In this document: positions 17,945 through 25,560 of the stretch, in pieces
How positions within the stretch are numbered: position 1 is the stretch's first letter
How the letters are laid out: every line of letters starts with the position of its first letter
IMG/VR virus record: IMGVR_UViG_3300043812_000021
Location: 70,099-96,693 of that record
Length of the DNA: 26,595 nt
Reading direction: 5' to 3' (one strand)
Source: a virus
The notes under the pieces: generated by a model
Seen by the model: the letters and a program-made list of their open reading frames with translations, nothing else
Databases searched by the model: none
What the model was told of the DNA's origin: nothing
Translations under genes and position numbers: made by a program

Positions 17945-18373
17945 ATGGGTGAAGAATTTAATTACAACACTATGTTATCAACTATTGCGGATGAATTGGA
18001 AAACGGAAGCAATTCACTTGAAGATATTCAAATGAATACTACTAGCAACGATTTATGGATTATTGGAACATATAAGGCTTCACAAGCATTAGAAGAGTTT
18101 AGTGAAGAAGATCAGCTTTATGCAAGCACTACTTTAAACGGTGTCTTTGGTGCTATTGAATACGTCAAGAATTATGAAACTGAACAATTTGGATTAGTTA
18201 ATACGGATTTAACCGACCCCGAAAAGGTTGCTAATATGGTTGCATATATTAACATAGAATGCGTGTTAAATGATTTAAGTGATGAGTTTGATATTGATAT
18301 TGAAGAAGACTTAACCGACCAGCAAGCAGATAGCATTGTGAACTACATTAATAACCAATTAGGATTTGAATAA
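17945..18373 (+). CDS. highly acidic early protein (candidate Ocr-like DNA mimic)
   Basis: Hand count ~31 D/E vs 3 K, 0 R in 142 aa; paralog of 10789..11229. Confidence 0.8.
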   Translation: MGEEFNYNTMLSTIADELENGSNSLEDIQMNTTSNDLWIIGTYKASQALEEFSEEDQLYASTTLNGVFGAIEYVKNYETEQFGLVNTDLTDPEKVANMVAYINIECVLNDLSDEFDIDIEEDLTDQQADSIVNYINNQLGFE

Positions 18374-18377
18374 TATT

Positions 18378-18407
18378 AAAGGGCTTTTCATAAGTCCTTT
18401 TTATTTT
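18378..18407 (+). terminator. intrinsic terminator
   Basis: AAAGGGCTT/AAGTCCTTT stem + T tract. Confidence 0.75.
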
Positions 18408-18728
18408 GCTTCTTTTATTATCCTTATCTATACAGGGGATGTTTTGTTGCAAATGCAACATTATTATTATTATTATTATTCTAGTTCATCCCCTTTGTCC
18501 TTGCTTATTTAACTCAATCTATTATTATTTTAGTCTGTTGGCTTGTCTGTGCTTGTTTTATTGCTTTAATGGTAAATTATACCTAACTACCCTAAAACGC
18601 CTCAGAAAGCCTTATATAAAGAATTAAGGCTATATAATAATTAAGCTATTATTTTATGATTATGTATTGACAATATAAAATGCTTATTGTATTATAATGG
18701 TGTAAGATAAAGAAAAGGAAGTATTATC

Positions 18729-18941
18729 ATGACTTTATTAATTAGTGTATATAACTTATTCTACCTACTTGCGAGCGGTTTAATTAGCTTGCTGGAGCTA
18801 ACTTGCAAGGTTACTTCTAAACTACTTGGAATCGACTACTCAACGGCTTGCACTGGTGTATGCACTATACTAGTAAGCTTTGCGGGTGCTGGTTTATTGT
18901 TGATTGTCTTATTCCTAAAATTAAAATTTAACCTAATCTAA
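18729..18941 (+). CDS. small membrane protein
   Basis: Promoter TTGACA at 18667, RBS AAGGAAGT; hydrophobic; terminator follows. Confidence 0.75.
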   Translation: MTLLISVYNLFYLLASGLISLLELTCKVTSKLLGIDYSTACTGVCTILVSFAGAGLLLIVLFLKLKFNLI

Positions 18942-18948
18942 CTATTAA

Positions 18949-18986
18949 CTCCTTTGGTACTTTTTACCGAAGGGGCTTTTTTATTT
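18949..18986 (+). terminator. intrinsic terminator
   Basis: CTCCTTTGGTA/TACCGAAGGGG stem + T tract. Confidence 0.8.
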
Positions 18987-19227
18987 CGCTTTATAGGTTT
19001 GCTAGTCTTTAATACTAGATAATACGGTTATGACCACACCCCCATCTTGTTCGAAGGTCTACCTCCTCAAGGGTGGTCACTCGCTCTGCCTAGGGTCATT
19101 AAAAAATATTTCCTAAATCCTAGCATTTTCCATAGATTCATGAACAGCTATCTTTACCCCTATCTCTATCTTTTTCTTAGCACACCCCCGTCTTTTTACC
19201 TAACTGGAATTTAGAAAAGAAAGCAAA

Positions 19228-19266
19228 ATAAAAAAGACCAAAATCTAATAATAAAATTTTTGGTCC
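19228..19266 (-). terminator. intrinsic terminator of minus-strand operon
   Basis: Minus strand GGACCAAAA...TTTTGGTCT followed by T run. Confidence 0.65.
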
Positions 19267-19287
19267 CTAATATGTTATTCACTATAG

Positions 19288-19482
19288 TTATGCTTGTTCC
19301 AAATAATCAACGTCAACATCAATTTCTTTATATCGATACTGATCCAAGCCTATTTTCTTAATTGTGGCAACCATCTTTCGTGTTCCATTAACGTGCTTAA
19401 TATCTAAGATATTATATAAGTCACCGACTAATCTAACCGGCTGTTTATTCTTCATAGCCAAACGTGCTTGTGTTGTTAACAT
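19288..19482 (-). CDS. small hypothetical protein (prophage-like)
   Basis: TAATG coupling, RBS GGTGGGAG. Confidence 0.75.
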   Translation of the reverse strand: MLTTQARLAMKNKQPVRLVGDLYNILDIKHVNGTRKMVATIKKIGLDQYRYKEIDVDVDYLEQA

Positions 19483-19742
19483 TATTCTCCCACCTTAAAA
19501 CATTTATTTTCTTGTTTGTTATAGACATCTAAGTAAAGTTCTTTCTTATCGCCATTGTAAGTTGCTTCATAATAATGCTGATCATCTTTAATATCAGTAG
19601 CTAATAAGGCTTTGTAGTTCTGTAAAACCTTAACCTGCCATACTACAAAAATTTCGATAGATGTTTGCTCATAGCCTAAAACATCAAAGGTGTAATGAGC
19701 TACCTTATCTTTTGCTAATTTAATAAATTCTCTATTATTCAT
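19482..19742 (-). CDS. DUF6275-like phage protein
   Basis: FVVWQVKVLQNYKALL...YYEATYNGDKKELYLDVY motif; start MNNREF at 19742 with RBS GAGGAGG and TAATG coupling. Confidence 0.8.
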   Translation of the reverse strand: MNNREFIKLAKDKVAHYTFDVLGYEQTSIEIFVVWQVKVLQNYKALLATDIKDDQHYYEATYNGDKKELYLDVYNKQENKCFKVGE

Positions 19743-20017
19743 TATTCTTCCTCCTCTTTCAAAGAACGTCCACACACGGGGCAATAGTTTATGTCAATAG
19801 TAAGTGCAACAGTACCTTCACCCCACGAGGTTAAAGTCCTATTAACAGGATCGAATCCAATATCACCCCAAACGTCCTCATCTGCTGAAACAATACTATC
19901 GTCTACACGTTCAAGCATTAGTTCGGTACCATTCCAAGGTGAACCATTATACAGGCTTTTTATTTTGCTCCCTACATGACAATAAGGACAATTCTCCTGC
20001 TTTTCGGTTAATTCCAT
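19742..20017 (-). CDS. split zinc-ribbon protein (CPYC...CPVCGR), prophage-like
   Basis: Start MELTEKQENCPYCH at 20017 with RBS GAGG; C-terminal INYCPVCGRSL. Confidence 0.8.
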   Translation of the reverse strand: MELTEKQENCPYCHVGSKIKSLYNGSPWNGTELMLERVDDSIVSADEDVWGDIGFDPVNRTLTSWGEGTVALTIDINYCPVCGRSLKEEEE

Positions 20018-20201
20018 TAATCTTCTTCCTCTTTCAAAAAACGACCACATTCAGGACAATGCTTAACTGGAAAGACGGTTTCAAAAGCATCCTCTCCATT
20101 CGTCCATAAGTGCCAACCATCATCTCTTAGTATCAAGCCATAGAATTTCCCGGTACATCATTAATCGTCTCTACATTATCAAATGGTAAAATACTTTTCA
20201 T
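20017..20201 (-). pseudogene. zinc-ribbon gene remnant / frameshifted small gene
   Basis: ATG 20201 MKSILPFDNVETINDVPG; -1 frame continues KFYGLILRDDGWHLW...VKHCPECGRFLKEEED to TAATG. Confidence 0.55.
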
Positions 20202-20204
20202 GAG

Positions 20205-21194
20205 TTAATATCTTTCCTTTCGCTTTCCTAGAGCAAACATCGCTGTTAAACTAGCAAGTGCCAATCCACCTAATCCAACTTTACTATTAGCATTCCCAGT
20301 TTGCGGTAGTTCCTTAGCTTGGCTAGACTGATTAGTAGTCGGGTCTGATGAATTACTTTGGCTAGGCTGGTTATTAGTTGGCTGTGACTGATTATCTTTA
20401 ATAAACAGTCCATTACCATACTGTTGGTTGTTTTGCTGTGGCTGTGGATGTGGCTGTGATTGTGACTGTAAGCGTTGCTTATATTCTTGACGAGTCATGT
20501 ATTGCATATTACCACTATCCTTAATTACTGCATTATCTGGCAAAACTCCAGACCGGTCTTGATACTGATAATTTTTAGTTTGAGCATTATAATAATGATC
20601 TAAGCCATCGCTATTAACATTATGTACACTACCATCTTGATCTTGCCAAGTAGCTTCATTTGTTAAGCCTAGTTGTTGACTATTCGCAGGCTTACTGCTT
20701 TCTTGCTCACCATTATTCTGTTGATTTACAGTGTAGTTAACCCCATCTTGAGTAGTTGAGATACCACTATCCTTAGTAAAGTTACTTAAAACAGTATTGG
20801 TATCACTTTCTGATGGTTGTTGCAAAGTTACTGATTGCTTATTATTAGTATTATCCTGCGTTTTCTGGCTCTGTTGCTTCTCATACTGGCTGACATCGTA
20901 GTTGTGCAACTCATCTCCCAGACGTGTCTGTGATCGTAGCCATTCCTGATACATGGCCCCAGCCTTCGCATCAGCGGTTATGTAGGCGTTACTGAAACGA
21001 TCACCATGACCCTGTTCCCAAGCTTGTTGGCGCTCTTGCAATCCCTGCTGATACTGGTTCCAGTAGTATTGGATCTGCTGATTACCTTGGGCTTCAATCT
21101 GGTCTCGGGTTTCATCAGCCTTAGCATTTTCAGAAAGACTACCTAATGCTAAACCACTGCAAATTAATGATGTTACTAAAAGTGTTTTCTTCAT
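20205..21194 (-). CDS. LPXTG sortase-anchored surface protein, Gln/Asn/Ser-rich
   Basis: Start MKKTLLVTSLICSGLALGSLSENAKA (signal peptide; RBS AAGGAAGT); C-terminal LPQTG + hydrophobic helix + KRKERY. Confidence 0.88.
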   Translation of the reverse strand: MKKTLLVTSLICSGLALGSLSENAKADETRDQIEAQGNQQIQYYWNQYQQGLQERQQAWEQGHGDRFSNAYITADAKAGAMYQEWLRSQTRLGDELHNYDVSQYEKQQSQKTQDNTNNKQSVTLQQPSESDTNTVLSNFTKDSGISTTQDGVNYTVNQQNNGEQESSKPANSQQLGLTNEATWQDQDGSVHNVNSDGLDHYYNAQTKNYQYQDRSGVLPDNAVIKDSGNMQYMTRQEYKQRLQSQSQPHPQPQQNNQQYGNGLFIKDNQSQPTNNQPSQSNSSDPTTNQSSQAKELPQTGNANSKVGLGGLALASLTAMFALGKRKERY

Positions 21195-21282
21195 TATAAT
21201 AACTTCCTTTCCTGTTTCCTTATTACAATTATATTTTAACCTTTTAATTAAAACAATCAAGAGTAAATTACTATTTTTTGGT

Positions 21283-21313
21283 AAAATAAAAAGTCCAAAT
21301 GTTAGCTGGACTT
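21283..21313 (-). terminator. intrinsic terminator
   Basis: Minus strand AAGTCCA...TGGACTT + TTTATTTT. Confidence 0.6.
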
Positions 21314-21415
21314 CAACTAAGTTAACCTAGCATATTAATGAATGTATCTTTAGACAGCTTATCTAAGCTTAAATCAATAACTTCATCAATGTTTAATGGG
21401 TCCTTGGCTTGAGCC

Positions 21416-21913
21416 TTAGTAATTGTCCTTATAAACCCTATTTACTACTAACAAGGGACTGTATATGTTAGTGCCCTCAAAAGTCAATTCAAAATCAAAT
21501 TCCGTTCCATAATTATCAATTAAAGAAGACCTCAACCAATAATCATATGTGTTATTCCAGATAAAAGATTGCCAAACTGAGTCTAAAAATTGAGGATCTT
21601 TTAACTTGTCTGGGTTAGATACTTGATAGTAGTAATCTGCAATATCATGGACTAGCATAGACCGATCTGTATAATGACCTTTACCATTCATATAATAATT
21701 ATACTTCTCATTCCAATAGTGAAATTTAGCCCAAACCTCTTCTTGAGCTGAACTAATCTCAGTTAAGTCAATATTAACATAACTAATCTCAGAACAATAC
21801 TTATAAAAGAACTGTACGTCTGTAAGCAGTTCTTTAGTTGCAGACTCTGAAAGTCCAATCATATTATCTTGGATAAAGTCATCAAACATAGACTCTAAAA
21901 TATTATTAATCAT
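21416..21913 (-). CDS. acidic hypothetical protein (probably extends to 21322 via a +1 indel)
   Basis: RBS GGGGG; +1 frame continues ITKAQAKDPLNIDEVIDLSLDKLSKDTFINMLG* up to the terminator. Confidence 0.75.
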   Translation of the reverse strand: MINNILESMFDDFIQDNMIGLSESATKELLTDVQFFYKYCSEISYVNIDLTEISSAQEEVWAKFHYWNEKYNYYMNGKGHYTDRSMLVHDIADYYYQVSNPDKLKDPQFLDSVWQSFIWNNTYDYWLRSSLIDNYGTEFDFELTFEGTNIYSPLLVVNRVYKDNY

Positions 21914-22002
21914 TACAAACCCCCATGTTTAATGTTATTGACAACCAACAAAGTTAATAAGTCAAACGTAGTCATTAAAAGCAAAACTAATAAAATTACC
22001 AT
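21913..22002 (-). CDS. 29-aa hydrophobic peptide MVILLVLLLMTTFDLLTLLVVNNIKHGGL
   Basis: RBS GGGGTG; TAATG coupling to next gene; not in ORF track. Confidence 0.5.
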   Translation of the reverse strand: MVILLVLLLMTTFDLLTLLVVNNIKHGGL

Positions 22003-22013
22003 TATCAACACCC

Positions 22014-22200
22014 CGGATTGTATAGTACCGTGAACTACTTGGACATCAATGTCCGAGCTTCTGGGAACGCTAAGTAGTATTTAGGATCTTACATGTGTAT
22101 TCACAATACCTAACTTACAGAACTAAACTATTTTACCACGGCTAGTCCCTAGCCTTTAGCTTTTCTAATCCTTTATTTAAGATATTAACTGCCGCATTAA
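22014..22200 (-). ncRNA. putative TnpB omega/reRNA scaffold plus flank-derived guide
   Basis: Established TnpB biology places the reRNA over the tnpB 3' end and right end; hairpins GGCTAG/CTAGCC and GGACAT/ATGTCC visible; limits approximate. Confidence 0.55.
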
Positions 22201-23412
22201 TATCTCTATCATGATGGGTGCCACACTTAGGACAGGTCCATTCCCTAATATTGAGTGGTTTAGGCCCACTGTGGAAACCACAATTTGAGCATATCTGTGA
22301 AGTATAGTTTGGCTTAACAGCTATTAATTGTTTGCCATACCATTCACATTTATATTCCAACATTTCTCTAAATAAGTACCAACTATTATTAGCAATGCTC
22401 TTAGCTAAAGAGTGATTTTTAAGAAGATTTTTGGCTTTCAAATCCTCTATTACAATCACATCATAATTCTTAACTAACTCAGTAGTAATCTTTTGTAAGT
22501 AGTCATTACGCTTATTGGCAATCTTAGCTTGGTAACGTGCTTTAATTACTCTAGCTATTTGCCAATTCTGGTAATCTTCCAATTCTTCTTTAATATCCTT
22601 ATGGTTATGATTAAACTGTCTTACCTTAACTGTAGCTCTATGCTTTCTTTTGCTAAATTTAGATTGCCAAGCTTTAGCTTGTTTATCTAAATAAGAAATT
22701 CTAAATTTAGAATATTTCTTACCATCACTAGTAATTGCTAAGTCAGCTACTCCTAGATCTATTCCCACTACTGCTCCTGTAGGTTCTAATTTACTAATAC
22801 TAGGATCATCAACTATTAGGGATAGATAGTATCTACCAGTTGGCTCTAAGGTAACTGTATATCTCTTAATCTTACAGTCTTTTAACCTACTAGTCTTACT
22901 AGTTCTAACGCTACCTAATTTGGGTAGTCGAACTCTCCTCTTAGCAATTACTTTACAAGTAGATCTACCAGTATAAGACTGTTTAGCAGAGTGTCTTGAC
23001 TTAAATTTAGGATAACCCCCCTTGATGCTTAAACAACATCTTAAAAGCTTGTGCTAGATTGTGATTCACCACAAGGAAACTAGTTGCATCACTTACTTTG
23101 AGATAAGGATATTCTTGCTTCAACTGTTTAAGTAAGTAATTCATTCCATATTCATTGACAAAAGGACTGCTAGGATTATTTTGGTAACGTTGCTTAGCCA
23201 TATCCAGCATCAGATTCCATACTTTACGGTCATTACCAAACATTTGTAGCAACTGATTTTGTTGGGATTTGTTTGGATACAAACGTAGCTTAATTCCTTT
23301 AATAGTCATTTTTGTTTCACCTCCTTCCATGTATAATTATATTGTAACATATTAAATTAAAAGAAAAGGCAATTCATCACGTCCTTAAAAGAACGTGTTT
23401 CCTTGCCCGATC
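22030..23412 (-). mobile_element. IS200/IS605-family solo-TnpB element (IS1341-like), no tnpA
   Basis: Left-end hairpin CACGTTCTT/AAGGACGTG inside GGCAA/TTGCC (23368-23407); right end GAAG-CTCGGACAT/ATGTCCAAG-TAGTTCAC ending at 22030; left boundary uncertain by ~3 nt. Confidence 0.85.
22142..23309 (-). pseudogene. tnpB: RNA-guided endonuclease TnpB, frameshifted at a G6 tract (23016-23021)
   Basis: KLRLYPN HTH, GYPKFK, LPKLG, GIDLG, IEDL, CSNCG/CPKCG, DRDINAA; removing one G gives an uninterrupted 388-aa frame; RBS GGAGGTG. Confidence 0.92.
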
Positions 23413-23545
23413 ATAAAAACAAGTAAACAACAGTACAGAATATCCACCCACCTAAGTAGATGAAAAGCTTAAAATCTGGGAATGCTTGAGTAATGCCCCA
23501 TAGAAAGGCAAAACAAATAGCAATGTAAACTAAGTATAAAACCAT
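23411..23545 (-). CDS. 44-aa two-TM membrane protein (possibly truncated by the IS)
   Basis: MVLYLVYIAICFAFLWGITQAFPDFKLFIYLGGWIFCTVVYLFL; RBS AAGGAAAGGAAG and own promoter; not in ORF track. Confidence 0.7.
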   Translation of the reverse strand: MVLYLVYIAICFAFLWGITQAFPDFKLFIYLGGWIFCTVVYLFL

Positions 23546-23576
23546 CCTTACAACTTCCTTTCCTTATTTCAATTAT

Positions 23577-23625
23577 AAGTATAACACTTTTAGTTGAATT
23601 TTCAACTGTTTTTTGCAAAAAAATA
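23577..23625 (-). promoter_or_regulatory. promoter with AGTTGAA/TTCAACT palindrome
   Basis: Minus strand AACAGTTGAAAATTCAACTAAAAGTGTTATACTTA, nearly identical to 1431-1465. Confidence 0.65.
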
Positions 23626-23653
23626 AAAATAAAAAGCCCTAATAAGGACTTTA
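23626..23653 (-). terminator. intrinsic terminator
   Basis: Minus strand AAAGTCCT/AGGGCTTT + T tract. Confidence 0.7.
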
Positions 23654-23655
23654 CA

Positions 23656-24249
23656 TTAATTATCAGCATCGCTAACCATTGAATACTTATTTCCATTAGG
23701 AACAAGCTTATAGTGCAGATCCCTAGAACGGGAATATTTACCCTCTTTATAATGACAGTCAATATCTAAGTAAATAGGAATGTAAGACTTATCATTAGAT
23801 TGCACAATCTTAGACGTATCATGGTCATTATTATCACTGTAATTCCAATGCAGACCATAAACATCAGTAGCCTGCTGTGTAGTCTTTTGATAGCTATGTT
23901 TAGTATGAGCATAATAGTCATAGGCTGGAACAGCGTTAAGATTTTGGATTACAGACTCATCCACTACCCTATCACCATCTGTTAAATAATTGTCAGAACT
24001 ATCCATTAGATCAGCTTCAAAACTATACAGAGAATCCCAGTCAACGCTAGAATCTGGATCAGCCCAATCGCTAGGCATTCCATAATAATCAACCGTTGCA
24101 TTGATATGATCTACTTTAATTGGTGCAGAATCTGAAACATTAATAGTTTGTGTATGAACAGTTTTAATATTGATTGGGATAAAAATTAAAAGAACAGCAA
24201 AGAACAAAATACCGAAAACTGAATAAATTATAATTCGTTTAATCTTCAT
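23656..24249 (-). CDS. N-terminally membrane-anchored extracellular protein
   Basis: MKIKR + hydrophobic helix, acidic ectodomain. Confidence 0.78.
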   Translation of the reverse strand: MKIKRIIIYSVFGILFFAVLLIFIPINIKTVHTQTINVSDSAPIKVDHINATVDYYGMPSDWADPDSSVDWDSLYSFEADLMDSSDNYLTDGDRVVDESVIQNLNAVPAYDYYAHTKHSYQKTTQQATDVYGLHWNYSDNNDHDTSKIVQSNDKSYIPIYLDIDCHYKEGKYSRSRDLHYKLVPNGNKYSMVSDADN

Positions 24250-24724
24250 TAGTTATACCCAATTCCATAAAATTATAATTAGTATTAAACTTTCCATTAA
24301 AATCTTTTGCAGGTACAATTACAACTTCATGATTATCTAAAAGTTTCAAAGAAGAATAAGTATATTCAGTATAGAAAATATCTTTAACTTCCTTATAAAG
24401 ATAAGCACCTATAAAAGTAAGCTCAGGCTTATTTAAAGCAAGAGATACATTAGTAGTTAGTAAAGTCATACTTAAATAATATTTATTATCAACCCAGATA
24501 ACTACATAATCGTCATCCGTTAAATCTTTTTTAGCTAAGTCTTCCTTTAATTTTTTAATTTCAGATTGCTGTTCTTTTACTTGATAAAGTAGAGAATAGC
24601 TAACATCAAGTAGATTTCTAGTACCCTTTTCCAAAGTATTGTTCAGTTCTGGGCGAGGAAACAGAAAGGAGTCACGTATTTTGTCTAAAACTTGTTCTAC
24701 TTGCTCTAATTTATCCTTACTCAT
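24239..24724 (-). CDS. hypothetical protein with coiled-coil N-terminus
   Basis: RBS GAGGTG; overlapping operon layout. Confidence 0.78.
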   Translation of the reverse strand: MSKDKLEQVEQVLDKIRDSFLFPRPELNNTLEKGTRNLLDVSYSLLYQVKEQQSEIKKLKEDLAKKDLTDDDYVVIWVDNKYYLSMTLLTTNVSLALNKPELTFIGAYLYKEVKDIFYTEYTYSSLKLLDNHEVVIVPAKDFNGKFNTNYNFMELGITNED

Positions 24725-25289
24725 GTTTTATCACCTCTTGTTCTACTGCGGGATCGGATAAAGTATGGATATAATAATCTTCCATATCATGAAACAGCAA
24801 AGCTAAATAACGGTGAGTATCTTCTCCATATCGCCGATCGTTTTTAGCTTCATAAACCTCCTGCATAGCCTTTCGGAATTCCTCTAAGGTATAGCCACCA
24901 AAATAGACCTTATTCTTAGGGTGAGTACGATTATATTCAAAAGTTGGAATTAATGGATTAACTGTATCTAGGGGCAAATCATCTTTAGTCTCATATAAGA
25001 TTACATAATTAAGTAAGTCAATTGAAGTTTTATCAACCGAATACTTAAAATAGTAAGCAATCAAACGAATACATAGATAAGCTAACAAACAAACTAAGAC
25101 CATTGCCCCTACATAGTAAAAGTACTGTTTAGGATTATTTAAGTCATTAGGAATTAAACCAGCAATAAAAACCGGAATATAAATTAAATAACGGGTTGCA
25201 GTATAGGTGTGATTAATTTGTTGCAACACATTACGCTTATATTTTTTCGCTCTAACAGCAGTAATATAAGGTGAGATAAAGTAAACCAA
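24717..25289 (-). CDS. membrane protein
   Basis: RBS AAGGGGG, TTG start; hydrophobic segments. Confidence 0.75.
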   Translation of the reverse strand: MVYFISPYITAVRAKKYKRNVLQQINHTYTATRYLIYIPVFIAGLIPNDLNNPKQYFYYVGAMVLVCLLAYLCIRLIAYYFKYSVDKTSIDLLNYVILYETKDDLPLDTVNPLIPTFEYNRTHPKNKVYFGGYTLEEFRKAMQEVYEAKNDRRYGEDTHRYLALLFHDMEDYYIHTLSDPAVEQEVIKHE

Positions 25290-25302
25290 TTAGAAACCCC
25301 CT

Positions 25303-25560
25303 TTATATTGTTATTGGTTTTATCTGATCATACTTCCACCACATTAACATTCTATCAATATAAACCGCATGAATCCAAGCAGGCAAGTCATCAGTAATTG
25401 ATTTTATTAATGTGTGCAAGTCAGTTTTAGGTAATTGACGCAGGCGAATAGTACTGCTTACTCCTGTAATATAAAATACAGCGTCATCTTCAATGGTATC
25501 ACGGATTAAGATTAACTTATAATTATCCTCTAAGGTATATACAATTTTATCTTTACTCAA
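25303..25560 (-). CDS. hypothetical protein
   Basis: RBS GGGGG, TTG start. Confidence 0.7.
   Translation of the reverse strand: MSKDKIVYTLEDNYKLILIRDTIEDDAVFYITGVSSTIRLRQLPKTDLHTLIKSITDDLPAWIHAVYIDRMLMWWKYDQIKPITI

Larger units (their letters stand above)
10059..18990 (+). other. probable terminal-repeat / host-takeover (early gene) module
   Basis: Many small genes each with its own strong consensus promoter, followed by a strand switch; same layout as the SPO1/phage K terminal repeat regions (established); boundaries inferred. Confidence 0.65.

Noticed and set aside
18461-18480. (TTA)n microsatellite
   Set aside because: Short simple repeat in AT-rich intergenic DNA; no supportable function.
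13633-18627. ORFs 13633-13827, 14342-14545, 15949-16170, 16326-16529, 16675-16995, 17032-17238, 18406-18627
   Set aside because: They run across promoters/repeats or antisense to real genes and have low-complexity composition.
19791-23985. ORFs 19791-19979, 23469-23762, 23800-23985
   Set aside because: Shadows; 23469-23762 spans a terminator and promoter and masks the better 44-aa ORF.
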